Assembly: GCA_048013815.1 (NCBI GenBank)
Contig: CM106585.1
Span: forward strand, 16,554,001 to 16,618,000
Source of the DNA: Setoptus koraiensis
Lineage: Eukaryota; Animalia; Arthropoda
Direction: 5' to 3'
DNA length: 64,000 nt
In this document: piece after piece, positions 23,462 to 36,412 of the stretch
How positions within the stretch are numbered: position 1 is the first letter of the stretch
Layout of the letters: every line of letters begins with the position of its first letter
Program-made: the position numbers and the translations under genes
The notes under the pieces: model-generated
What the model saw: the letters and a program-made list of their open reading frames with translations, nothing else
Databases searched by the model: none
What the model was told of the DNA's origin: nothing

Positions 23462-26400
23462 CTGCACGTAATAGAGAAGATTGGTGTGTGTGTGTTAATT
23501 ATTGGCGTGAGGCACACAAGAGTTATAGCGTTTCGTCTCTGGAAATCGAAATGAAAAAAAAAAATGGTCGCTCAATGTCACCGGAAGCGGCCCGTTTCGG
23601 CCCGTTTTCGGCGTGTTTCGTATTTGTGTTCTGAGTCAGAACTTCTGGGGGCTGCAAATGGCGCGCAGAGCAAATAAAATGAGGCCGGCCGATCGCACTT
23701 TCCGGCATTATAATCTGCTGGCTGGCGCCGAGCCGATGATCTTGCCACAAAATGTAGTATGTTGGTTTCGCTGGGCGCCCGTCGATTGTCGGGCGATTGT
23801 GTTTTAATGTTGTAACGATCTGGCCACCGATCGGAGCCAGCGAAACGGCGCGCGCACATACAAAAATACAGAAATAAACTGATTCTTCGATTGGAGGCGC
23901 CCGCAGACGGGCCCCAATTATCCGCCACTTTCCAAGTATCGAGTCGCACACACACACACATTAATCTTCGCCGGCAAGCTATCTTGCGATTCCATTTGTG
24001 AGGTGTAGCTAGTGGCTGGCGTGTGGCTGGAATATCAATGCCGAGTTGTTAGGTAATTTACACTAGTGGGCCAGATTTTGCAACGTTGTTCGCCCTTGCG
24101 CGCCCAGCCAATTCATCAGTGGTAGTGGGGGCGCGAAGAAAACAAACGCGCTGGGTTTTTCTTCGAACGGCGCGCTGTTTTTCAGCCTTTAGTTTGTTTT
24201 TTTTCCCTTCCCTTCTCTTATTCTCTTTTTCTCGCAAGCGAAATTTTCAACGCTCGCTACAAAATCGCTCAGGTGCTGCCGCCTACTTGAATAGTGTCAA
24301 CTCGAACCAGTCATTATGTAAAGAGGGGCCCCGCACGTACGCACACACACCGTACCGTTGAGAGTAAAGTGTTGTATTGAGCAAATTTAAACAATTTCCA
24401 CACTGGCGCAATCGCTCGCCAGCTTGAATGAATCCGCTGAATGAATCAAGTGCCTATCGCTCAGGCGATTTCCAACGCTCAAACAATTGATCAAATTATT
24501 TTTGTCCCTGTGGATTAAATCATCGCCGCAGCTCGATGGCTCTTTGATATGCCTGCCTGCCTGCCTGCCTGTGTTTTTGTTGTTTTTCGGCCTCGCTCGC
24601 CCACTTTACCTGGCGCCTGGCCAGAGATATTTCAGCCACTTAAATGCGCGCCGAAATATCTCGGCTTAAGCGGCGGCAATTTCGAGCGTTGCCAGTGGCA
24701 TAGTTTGCCAGAGTTTGCGAAAGCATGGCCCGGCTCGGCTTGGCAGTCGAAATGTTGCTTGCTGTCCGTAAAGAGTGATTATCATTATCGAATGGCTTGC
24801 TACGAGATTCTAACAACAACAACAACAACAACAAAAACAACACCGTCTTTGCGTTGTTTGCGAGCTGTTTATCGGCGAAATTCCAACGGATAAGAGCGAC
24901 TCGCTAGAGCGGTTAAACGCTCAAATTCGAATGCAAATCATCCCAAACAGTGCCCCTTCTACTTCTAGCCAGTTTGATCTTTCCGACCGATCGAGGCCAA
25001 CTTATTTCTGCGCAATGCTAGCTGCTCTCGCACATCGACAGAAACCATTGATTTCGCATTGATACTGGGGGCCCCACGTGCAAACTCCCACTGACAGCCA
25101 CTACTCTGAGGCAGATGTGTGTGGCTGAGCAGCACACTGCCAGCCTTATCACAGCACGCAGATTGACGTAACAGATAAGGCAAGCCGGGGATGATGGAAA
25201 TTCTTTGAGCTTGTGCTTGAACTTTTGAGCAACAATCACCATCCAGTCGGATATCTATCAGCCGTTCATCTGTCGCGCGACTGGCGACGCAATCACCATC
25301 ATGAATTTATTCTATTTAAAAACTCTTCAGCAGCAAACATCCGTGCATTTCTGTAAATATTGCAGCTCTTTCCTCTCATCTCATGTGAATATCTCAGTGA
25401 ATTTCATGTTGAATTTGCCAGAATTGAAGATTGTCAATGGAGAAATTAACTCCAATCGCGATACGAAGCACGAATCTGTGCCCCGTTCAACGAATTCCAA
25501 TGAGCATGATAGATAAATGCATTAGTCACGTCGAAAAAAAAAACTATACACTGAACGCGAATAGTCCAAGACGCAACTGTCATTCTCAACTGTGCACCTA
25601 TGATTTTCTTCGCACCTTTCGAATCGATCCATTTAAACTCTCTCGGGAGAATACTTTTTTTTCTGAACGCATTAATCAATTAATCGAACGAATCGATTGG
25701 AAAAATGAGACCAGCAGTCTGTTTCAAGATCGTCGGATATGGCAAGCAAGCGTGGATATTCGCCAATATTCACGGATATCCCAAGCTCTGATCCGGATCA
25801 GTCGGATGAATTTAACCGTACAGAACATCCAACAAGAGAGATGTCCCCATGTATTATTAACAGCGTTGTCGTTCTGCAACTGACAGGTGTCTGACGGATC
25901 GAGCTGTCAAACAGTCAGAGCAGCCAAGTTGTTTTTCTATGCGCAAACCTTTTCCAAATCAGATCAATCTGGCGTGCCTTGCTATTTTTTTTTTTGTAAG
26001 TGACCCCGTTTGTATGTGATGAACCCGATATTTCGTCTGAACGACGGATCTTATCATCGATGTGCGCTGCAAATCTCAATTTCTCCTCGATTTCTGGACA
26101 GATTGAATTGGCCGCCGGATAGCGAAACAAATATGACTTTCCGAGAAAAGCGTTCGACAGAGCGGGGCGGGCTCTTTCGGACCAAGCGATTTTATCTTGT
26201 CCCTTGAAAATATAAACTTGACCCAAAAGTCAAATCGATTTGGTGTGCGTGGTGATTTAGTGTGTGAGTCAACTGGATAAATATCAACTTGGTCGGGTTT
26301 CAATTGCAGTCGATCGCCCACCAACAACGGTTGGTATCTGAGCAAAACTGTAGCAAGCGGCAATTTGTTGGCGAGAGTCGGGCTCGTTGCCGATAACTTT

Positions 26401-26666
26401 AGAAATTTAATAGAATTAGCCCGACCGGCATTAAGGGGTCCGTGGCATGCTGCTTCCATGCTGCGTTTTGTGTGTGCGCAACTGCACGCTAAATGGGCCC
26501 CTTGGCCCTGGATTGGCCCATGCAATTTGGGAGATTTGTTCTCCAGATTTGTCCAATTGAAAACACCAAACTAAACTAAAATGCTTCTGATATTCTCCGA
26601 TCACTTATAGTCATCATAGTGGCTCAATAAACAACGGCAATCTCTGATCATCGCTTTCCTGTTCAT

Positions 26667-26947
26667 CTCTAACATTCTCGCTGTGGCAAATCGCTCTCTA
26701 ACAAGCGACCCTGATTTCTGATTTCAGTATCCGATTTTCAGTGGCCGCATGGTAAAATCGGAGCCTGGTGGCCAGCTGTAGCTATTCTCTGGAAACAGCT
26801 CTCCTCGCCGGCGATTATAAATAGCGGCAGAGTTTCCGCGAAAATGACCCCTCACCGGGCTTCAGTTTCAGTTCCGGCAGTTTTCGCCAATTGTAATGCT
26901 TTCTTTACTCTCCTTTACTTATTTGGCAAATTTCGTTCGTTTTTCAG
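26667..26947 (+). other. Cluster of plus-strand splice signals
   Basis: CTCTAAC at 26667-26673 and 26696-26702; acceptors ATTTCAG (AG 26726-26727) and TTTTCAG (26740-26741); donor-like ATG|GTAAAA (GT 26752-26753); long pyrimidine-rich AG-free tract ending TTTTTCAG at 26947. Confidence 0.35.
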
Positions 26948-27485
26948 CTGTGAAAGCAGCATGAAATTCTGCGGGATGTTTTTCCATCGCTGAACAAAAC
27001 CATACGACTCACGAATGAGTCCGATCATTGAATGCGAATTTGCCAAGCCAATATAACGGATGGCGGAAACCATAGCAATTGTTGTTCAGATAATGTGAGC
27101 TTGGCAAATCGTCGCGTTGATCACTGAGAGGTTTTCAGCGATACGATTGCATTTAGAGGCGCGATAGCCGGGGCTGGGCAACCGAATCGGTCGAAAACAA
27201 AAAACTCTGAGGAGTTGATTGTCAGCTTATCAGTTACTGACTGAACGCTATTTCGGCATAGTTATAAAAATGAAGGGATGGAATAGAAAATTTTGCTTCG
27301 AAAAGAGTTTTTCAGGGCAGCGAGGCACACTTTCCACAGCTCAATATGGAGAAATTTGAGTAAAATTTGCGTTAGCTAAACCGATTTTTCCCGATCTCGA
27401 GAATAAATTTGGTCGGCCCTAGCGATCGCTAAATCGCTATCTTGTTAGTCCGAGAGGATGAACTAAGGGTTTTGATTGAGTCACA

Positions 27486-27530
27486 CAGATACGATGAGCA
27501 TCTGATTGGTCTCTGTGCTCATCGTATCTG
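27486..27530. repeat. 15-bp perfect inverted repeat, 15-nt loop
   Basis: CAGATACGATGAGCA (27486-27500) and TGCTCATCGTATCTG (27516-27530). Confidence 0.95.
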
Positions 27531-30500
27531 AGCCCGAAACCAAGTCAAATCGTCAACAAAGTCGGACAGTCTAACCTGTGTTCTGTCGGCCCACTTCCTG
27601 TTCCGGTGTCCGAAAACAAACAAAAGCGCGCCCCTTTTATTATGTCAGTCTGCCCAGTGTGCCCGACAATGTGGGCCTCGCAGAGAGTTAGTTATCTGAG
27701 CGGCACACAAGATAAATAATTGATCAATGGGTCAATTTTGGCTTTGGCGCTGGCCAGCTACGTTCACAAGCTGAACAGACTCACTGTTTATCTCTCATTT
27801 TTGCGCACTGTGCGGCCGTTTATAAAGTGATCATTACTTGCGACTTTGGGGCCTAGCTTGGCCCCAGTTGGGCGGCCAGAGCGCGACCAGGCTCGGCCGT
27901 GCCCATCCAAACTGGGCCGCTTCTAGCACCTTAGCTCCGCTGCTGCTGCACGCTGTAAGGTGGCGAAAAAAAGGTGGGGCCCGTTGGCAAGTTTTTTGAT
28001 AATGAATGGCCCCACGATAACCTCCGCTGACCTAAACATGGTAACATTGTGAGCATTAGCATATATATAGCCAACTCCATAACTGTATTTGGCTGTTTAT
28101 ATGCTAATATTGGCGCACCAACTGCACTGCTGTGGGTGCAACGAAACGCGCCGGACTAACAGAATTATATCGGGCACTCGTCGGAATGAAAGGGGTGCCC
28201 GGAAGGTGCGTTCGCGATTGTTGGCGCTATGCGGTTGGGTATCGCTTGTGCGCCTTTTGCCCGGCTTGCCGTCTATATTTATTTTCGACGAAAACACACG
28301 GGCGTGTGTATTTCGAAATGAACTCGGCAAACGGTCGGTCGGCACTTGTTTCTGCGGCCTGTTTTTGGCCGCACTGACCCAAAACAAGCCGCGAATGCGT
28401 CTCGAGGAATTTAAAATAGCCCCCGCCGCGCTCTGCGCGCCCGAAATAACGGGCACCCTCGTAGGCCAAATATTTCGGCAAAGAAAGGTGAGCTTGGCGT
28501 GATTTTTTCGCTAGAGAAAAACATTTTTCTGCCTCGGTTGCGTCGCTCGTTGTTTTGTTTGTTCTCCATTGGCGAATCTGTAAAACGAGGGCGACTGCGG
28601 GCCCACTTCGGGCGCCTCACACAATTTGTGTCGCGCCCGAAGTGGTCGAATCGTTGTGCTCCGCCAACGTTGACGGAGGCCCGTTAGTGACGGGCGGCCT
28701 AATCGCAACGGCGCGGCCCCTGGATTTTCATGCAAAGTGGCCCGAAGAACAGAGGCGCGAGTGACCGGCGGCGGCGCCGGCCAAAGTGGATCGAGAGACT
28801 CTCGACGAGAGTGCGAGCGGCGATACTCGCGCGCACAATTAACCGACAAGAAGGAGCCCCCGTCCGTCATTAGTTGTGTGTTAGGCAAACAGCAGCTCGC
28901 GGCGCCCAACCGCCAAGAGGCTCGCCAAGAGAGGCCCACGCAGCCAGTGGCTCGTCAGCCCCGGGGTGTGCGTTTGCGATAAGCTCAAGAGGGCGCCCGC
29001 GGAAGCCGATTACTATTATTCAGATTAGGTGCGCCGCTGCGGAGGCTGGCGCTGGCCGTCGACGGCGCCCCCAGATGAGATAAAATATGATCTGGCTGGC
29101 GGGCTGTTGTCGAGAACAGTTTCTCGCGCGCCGCGCCAGACAGAGCGATGTCATCACGATCGTATCTCGCCCGTGTCTCGCCCCGTCTCGCCAGCCAGCC
29201 AGCCAGCCAGCCAGGCAGCCAGACGGGGGCCCCAAACACCAGACCGAGTTTGGCCAAAATAAGTGGACCAGCGCGAGTGGACAAAACGCCCACTTCATTA
29301 TTGGCTCGCTGGCGGCGCCTACGGGACGAAATTCTCCGCTGGGCCGGGTGCCGGGCAAAATTGGCGCGATAATTGTCGCCGGCACCGCCGCTGGTGCTGC
29401 GGCCGCGGTCAGTCGACTGTCGCCCGCCGGACACCGGCCGACACCAGTGTTAGCCGGCCCTCTGTTGTTTCGCGACCGCAAATGCTTGCCCGTGCCGGCA
29501 CTTTCGGACGGTGTATGCGCGGCCGCTTATGTAAAAAAGAAACGCGCGCCAAGGTCCCGCGTGGCAGGATTAGGGCGAGAATTGTTTGCGCTTTGCGCGC
29601 AAGTGGGCCCCGGCCTCAAGTCGGCCCGGCTGCCTTGCCCGACGCGCAACACTAAGCCGCCAAAAGCCAAATTAAAGCCAACTGACCCGGCTCCGATCTT
29701 GGGCGGCCCGGCGGCGGCGCTCGTTTGCGCTCCGGCTTGCGCGGCTCGCGGGCCGCTCTGGCGCAGATTGGCGCTCGCTCGCTCGCTCGTCGGATCTTTC
29801 CCGCCGGCGAGCGAGCGTTTCTTTGGGCCGCTCGAGCGACAGCAGATTCAACAATCTGATAGGCGCCGACTTAGGCACTCGTGTAATGGGGGTCACGTTT
29901 GCCCAGTATCAACATCCAGTGGGCATCATCATCGCGGGCGCGAGCGTCTCTTCCTTGTTGGTGCGAGCGGATTATTGTTGCAGTTGAGCCTCATTTAATT
30001 AGATCGTCTCTATTCGCGCGCTACCCGTGTAGCTGGCTGTTTGCCTGGTGGCAAGCCGCGTCGCCCGTCGCCGCCGCCGCCGTAAACACCGAGCGCACAA
30101 TCTAGCCCGGCAGCCGCGCCGCGCCGACGAGCCGGCAGCAGCGACGGCGGCCCGCAAGACGAGCGACGTCCGCGCGACACACAGTGTGGGTGCGCTTCGC
30201 CGATAAAGCATCGATGGCTGTTTTTGGGCAGCGCCGAAATTCGGCCAGACTGAACGGCGGCGTCGGCAGCGGCGGGTGACGCGCGCCGCCAGAGCCCGGC
30301 GAGCAATTTAAGCGGGCCCCGGTTGATAAAAGGGGCCCCATCGTCTCGCCGGCTCAAGTAGCAGCCCGTCGGCGCGCGCGTCGAGACATAATTTAAAGTT
30401 GCTGGCGTTGAGTTGAACAACAAATTCATAAGCTCATAGCTGGCGGTGTCTATTGTCATTTTGTCGAGGCCATTGGCGGCGCTAAGTCGCCTCTGGCCGG

Positions 30501-32750
30501 CAGCGGCGCCCCCCCCCCCCTGACCGGCGTGTATCATGCACGGTGTATGTGCGCGGGGCCCGGTGACAGTTTGCGCGGGCAGCCATTGTGTTGGTGGCGC
30601 GCCGCCCGTCGCCCGCTAGCCAGTGCCTCGCGTTACACATGAGATAATACGCGATTTGAGCCGGCCGATGGTGGCATTTTGATCGCTGACGGGGCCCGCT
30701 TTGCCAGGTCACACTCACACACACACACACACAAACATAATGCACACAGGTCACAGATAATCTTGGGCGGCCCCATTCTGGCCAGATATTCCGCGATTGG
30801 GGCCCGCTGGCCCTCGGCACAACGGGACTCGCTGGGCGGCCGGCCCGTCGCAACGACGCGCCACAGAGAGCGTCTTTGTGAGTGACGGGCACTCTAGCTT
30901 TGTTGACTCGGCTGGCCGCGTCACACCGGCCGACAAAAGCCTAATCTCGGGCCCGTGCGCTGCCGCAAGCCGCCCAGAGCGGGGCCCATCCAACGACGAC
31001 GAGTCAATGATATACACGCACGCACGCACGGCCACAGGAAACCGGCCCGCTGGGGCCCGCGTTCGCGCTTGCAGTGGCCGTGAGTCGCCTCACGAGTGCG
31101 GCCGATTTTGGACATTTGAATCTCAGACTGGCAAGTTTGAGGCGCGCTTTTGAGCGCGCTGCAAGGGCCCCATTTTCGCACACTCTTCGGGGCCCCCCTT
31201 TCAGAGGCTCGAAGGTCTTTGTCTGGCCGGAGTCGAGGCGAATTTGCATCGCTGCAACGGATACTTTGGGCGACTGTGCAGCGGCGCCCGTCCCACTTGT
31301 ACTGGATATACAGGCCCGAAAGAGAGTGTTTTGGCGAGATACGTTTCGCCCGTTCACATTGCTTCCCCCGCATGGGTACTCAAGCAGCTTGAGTCGAGCT
31401 GGCGCTCGTAATGATCATTTTTCACCATCCATTTTCGAGCTCGCCCAGAGGGGGGCGGGCGGGCGCGCCGGCTATCAGGCGGCGCTAAGTCGCGACGCGC
31501 GCGCGGCCGTCACCTCGTCGTCGGGCCGCCAGTCGGCGGAGCGCCAGGCGAAACGGGCGCATTCGTTGCGGGCGCACTTCTTGATAACGATGATTTTTTG
31601 CGCGCATTCCCGTGCTGGCTGGCTGGCCGGCTGCAGGCCTATTAAGTGTCCATTTGCATATGATTTATACCGCGGGGGCGCCAGTTATCAACTTTTCGCC
31701 GGGCACATATCGCATGTCGGCGCGGATATTAAATCGGCGCTTGTGTCGTCGCATCTATTGGCCCGCGCGCCGCGCGCCGTGTGTCGTATGGTCGCTCAAT
31801 TGGCTATTACGTCACAAACAAACTGTTTTATGGCGCGCGCGCGTCACATGACATGGGCGACAATTGGGGCCCCGGTGTTTGTCGACAATTAGAAGCTGGC
31901 GCGCATGGCGCCCCAACAACAACAACGACAACAATTAGCGCCGGCCCATTGATAAATAGCGCCTAAAATCATCATCAATTATATCACAAAAGAAACAAGT
32001 TGCTGTTACCGTTGGCGCTGTTATTCGGCCCACGGCCATTGTGCGCGTCGATTGGCGACATAATGATAATTATTTCAGCCCGTTGGCGAGCCTGTGCCGC
32101 CCGTTGGCGGCCCGCGACCAAGCGACACGCAACACCCGACGACCGGCCTCATTAGCCGGCCCGCCGGCCAGCGCGACGCCGGCAGTGCAACTCGGTCCCG
32201 ACACACGGCTCCCCGGGTAGCGGCGTGACCGCCGGCATCTCGCGGCCGTGTGAAGGGCGCCGCAACGGCGCTAATTCATTCATTGATTTGCGCTCCATCT
32301 CGCAATGCACGGTATAATATGATCGGCCCGCAAGCGCGCGCGCCCCCATGCGCCCTCAATCGACAATTAATCGGCTGGCGCGCGCTGACCCGCCAACCTG
32401 GCGCCACACGTGCAACATAAACTAACATATGATATAATATTATGACGCCATAATTGAGTGTATTACGCAATGTGTGCCCGCCAATAATCTACTATTAATT
32501 AGCTGCGCTCGTGAGTGATGAAAGATGGCGCTCGTTTCACCCGATCATGTGAGGGCGAGGGGGCCCCACGAGCGGATAATCGCCACGGCCTGGCCAGCGT
32601 ATATGTGCCATATATTATATCGCGGACTGCGCTCTTTGTCCAATTTATCAACATTGCAATACATTGTACAAGTGAACACTGGGCAGCGCGCATTTATCAT
32701 CGCAACTTGATCTCGGCAATTGATCGGCGGCGGCGGCGAAACTCTGGCCA

Positions 32751-32799
32751 GTCGGTCGCGTCGGGCGAGTCGGTCGCGTCGGGCGAGTCGGTCGCGTCG
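32751..32799. repeat. 18-bp tandem repeat, about 2.7 copies
   Basis: GTCGGTCGCGTCGGGCGA at 32751, 32769 and partial at 32787. Confidence 0.9.
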
Positions 32800-34000
32800 C
32801 CGGATCTGTTGCGACTCGCAACGGGCCGGCACAACAATATGAAATTAACTCTTTTGTTAATCGTTTAAATTTGTTGTAGCAGTTTGTTGCGTCGGGCAAC
32901 AAATGAACCCCCGGCAACATAATGAATATGCAAATTAGCCGCGCCGGCCTCCAATGACGATCGGGACACCGGAGCGGATCAGGCGGCGGCGCCACACAGC
33001 GGCAAGAATGACGCGCGACTAGAGCGGGCGCCGCCGCCAGCCAGGCGAGATGCGCGCCGCCGATGGGGGCGCCACTCATTCATCGTGCTATTCATGGCGC
33101 GCGCGTGAAATAGTACGTGCAGCAAGCCAGCAAACTGGTGAACTGGCGAATAATCTTGGCCGCTCTCTACTCGCGAAGCTCCGGCCCGCTGTGGCTCGCT
33201 CGCCGGCGGTGCCCCCCCGTCCAGCCAGCCTGCCAGTGAGGCGAGAATGGGGCCCGCTGCCCGGCCGCGGGGCTGTGACCCCCCGAAACGCCGATCAGCG
33301 GGCGAGAACGAGCCAACGGGCGCCATCCAGAGCGTGGGGCCCCGCTCGCCGGCCCCGCAAGCAGCCAAACAAACATAATCAAAGACAACTAGACATGACA
33401 ACTCACTCATTGGCACAGCCGACCGGACAGGGGCGCCAAACGGCGGCGAGCGAAACCGGCAAACCGGCAAACAAACAAATAAACACACTGGCAGTTGGGG
33501 GCGACTCGCAACTTGTGGCCCGGCGACACGCGCGACGCAAAAACTGACTCAACCGAGCTGTTGTTTGTGCCGGCGCCAAAAATAATGACAATTGAATTAT
33601 TTGCCCATTTGCATAATTAATGTGGGCCCCATGTTAATGATCTGCATGCGGCCCAGAGAGAACACAAACAGCGGCAACGCCGACAACAAACTAAAAGTCG
33701 CTTCCGACTTGTCGAACGCAATTGATGATCCGGGCCCCAGAGCGCGCGCTTGCGAGGGGGCGCCCCCACAAACGTTCGCTGGCTAATATTGGCGAGGCGA
33801 CACACGCGAACGAAGGCGCGCACGCGGACACACACGCGGAGGGGCACGCGAAATCAAAACGGCCCGAGCCCGAGCGCAAAAATATCTGGCTCTGCCAACT
33901 GTGCCAACTGCCGGCTGCGAACGGCCGGCCTTCGGGAGCCTCCCGGAGTGGAACGAGTGGCGTGACTTTCGCGTGGCGAGCCGGCCGGGCGTGCCGCTCT

Positions 34001-34143
34001 TTCGGGCAGGAATTTCCAGCGGGCCGGATTTTCGGACGGGAATTTCCAGCGGGCCGGATTTTCGGACGGGAATTTCCAGCGGGCCGGATTTTCAGGCGGG
34101 AATTTCCAGCGAGCCGAGTTTTCGGGCGGAAATTTCCAGCGAG
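34001..34143. repeat. 30-bp minisatellite (about 4.8 copies), each unit with a kappaB-like 10-mer
   Basis: Unit TTCGGACGGGAATTTCCAGCGGGCCGGATT. GGGAATTTCC at 34038, 34068, 34098; AGGAATTTCC at 34008; GGAAATTTCC at 34128. Confidence 0.95.
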
Positions 34144-36168
34144 CGAGAGAGACAGACAGAGCGCTGCATAATCTGCGCGCATCAGGGGCCGGCGGTGACT
34201 ATGATGAATTTGGGGCCCCTGAATGGGTTCGGGCCCCGAGCTCGTTGAGTCGGGCACGCGGCGGGCCGGCCGCCTGGCTGGTGCCCGGTCTGCAGTGGAT
34301 ATGTGTTACACGACCTGGGCTTATTGTGGCGGAAAAAACTAAAACTTTAATGCAAGCCCGTGTTTTGTCTGGCACGGTTAAATGTGCCAGACAAAACACG
34401 CGTTTGCTCGTGCCACTGGCTGGCGGGTGTGCGAGGGGGCGCGAGGGGCGACGGCTTACGAGCGCCGCTGCGCGTCGTTAAAGTGTCCTTTATTCCGACT
34501 TAAATGGCCAGACGGCGTCTCGCCAAGACGGCGAGGGGCGCCCAAACGAGACAGAGCGAGCGAGCGAGAGGCGACAGAGTAGCTCTGCCTAAATACTAAT
34601 CGGACGTTTAAATACTGGCGACGCTCGGCCAGTTTTATCGACACTGCTCGTAAAAGTTATATGCCGCTGCATCGCGCCTCCCTTCCGCCACACTGGGCCC
34701 GACGGGCCCGGCGGCTCGCGCAACCAACAAGTCGGATGTTATTTTTGGGCGCCGTTTCTCGGAAGAGAAATTGCGGAAATTGTGTTGCTGATTGAAAATA
34801 AAATGCAACTCGAGCGCCGCCCGCTCTCCAACTTGGACCAACGTGGAGACTCTAAGACGCAGGCTAGACGGCGCTGTTTATGCATGCTGCACAGAATGGA
34901 GCCCGTGCACTCGCAATTGAGAAGGGGCCCCATTCGGCAAATGCGAATGCTTCAAGAGGGCTTCTTTTGGCAGTGCTGTGCGCATATTTTCTCTGATTGC
35001 CGCCAGGTAGCTTGCCAGCAGCCAGTCTTGGCGGCCAGCCAATGGGGGCGCCGACGTGCGCCGAGAATGGGCCGAAATTTTTTGCTCATTGGCGAGATCA
35101 TTGGAGAGATAATCTGATTATGAGATTATCAGTGCACAGTGTTGTCAATTTGTTGTTGTTCGGCCGCGCCGCTCGGCACTGCCGAAACAATGTAGCTACA
35201 CGACTGCTCCAGCCAGCACGTCCCTCGCCATTCAATGTCAACAGCAGCGGCCCTGGCGAGTCAACAGCAGCGGCCCTGGCGAGGGGCGACACAACTACAG
35301 CGTCAGTTGGGTGTGTGCTAACTGCTAATAGTTATAACATAATGGGGCCCCGGCTGAGCAAACTGGGGCCCGGCGGGCTCTCGGCTGGCGTTAGCGTGAC
35401 GACCTCGAGACAACAATTTTTCACAATCTTGTGACAGTCGCTGCTCAATTGAATTCCATTCAGCTCAATTCAATTGAATTAGACACAATGTTGCCGCCAG
35501 TCGCTCTCTGGCGTTTTCTGGCAGACGACGTCTCGGCAGCGGCGCAACAACGCGTGTAACCTTGGCGACTGGATCCGCCGCTATTTATCTGCCCTTATCT
35601 GCAGTGTGCATGATGGTGAATTGGCCATTGACACGTTGTTTGCATCGCCAAGAGGGGGCCTGTGAGCCGGCGAGCGGGCCCCAGTTTATACGTGACTTAT
35701 TAGCGCTAGATATTGTAGATCGGGGGCCGAGTTGTTGGCGTTGTTTTACAGCGCCCATTATATTATGTATTGTTGCTCTGGCATGATACTGGCGCCGCTG
35801 CTGCCGCCGCTGCAACTGCTGCTGCGACGACGACGGCGGCGGCGGCGACGGCGGCGACGACGACGAGCCGTCGGGCCCCAGTTTGCTCAGCTGGCCGCAG
35901 CCAACTGAGGCCAAGGGGCTCCTGGCGAGCAATTGAAGCAATTGAGCCAGTCGGCTGTCGGCATTGCTGTGCAGTTCGGCTCGGTTGGGGCCCCGGCGCG
36001 GCATGAATGCGACGGGCCCCAAAGACAGATGGCCGATTGGACCAGTGGAGCAGCTAACTTTGTTATGTCCATTTCCTCTCGCTCCCTTTTTGTTGTTCGC
36101 TCGCTCTGGTGTGTGTCGCAAATAGACATGACTAGCCATTTAGTGCAGGGCCAATTTAGATTCTCCTC

Positions 36169-36233
36169 TGGCCCCTCGCTGGCCCCTCGCTGGCCCCCTC
36201 GCTGGCCTCCTCGCTGGCCCCTTCGCTGGCCCC
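36169..36233. repeat. 11-12 bp tandem repeat (TGGCCCCTCGC), about 5 copies
   Basis: Direct reading. Confidence 0.9.
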
Positions 36234-36412
36234 GTTTACCAGCGCTCGCTTGCCATCAATGGCTGGCCATGGATACACACAACAAAAACGGTTGTAGTTG
36301 TGCGTTTCATGTGTAAATGACGCAATAAAGAACGAGCGCAACGCAACGCAACGAAATGGAGAGGTCAGTAGACAATTAGACACTGACGCGCACAAGTATC
36401 ACCGCTGACAGC

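Larger units (their letters stand above)
24900..27600. other. Compositionally distinct island (decayed element or nested transcript)
   Basis: Visibly more AT-rich, lacks CAA/CA microsatellites and nearly lacks GGGCCC (two seen). No long ORF and no TIR or LTR identified; boundaries approximate. Confidence 0.5.

Noticed and set aside
25147-25168. TATCACAGC...TTGACG resembling the miR-2/miR-13 family
   Set aside because: The middle differs and I found no complementary arm to form a precursor.
26816-26867. TATAAATA with a downstream TCAGTT initiator
   Set aside because: Spacing is 48 nt rather than about 30, so it is not a canonical core promoter.
31281-31298. KWDGRR, matching the KxDGxR motif I of ATP-dependent ligases, in ORF 30921..31373 (minus)
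   Set aside because: None of motifs III-V follow, and about one such match is expected by chance in six frames of 64 kb.
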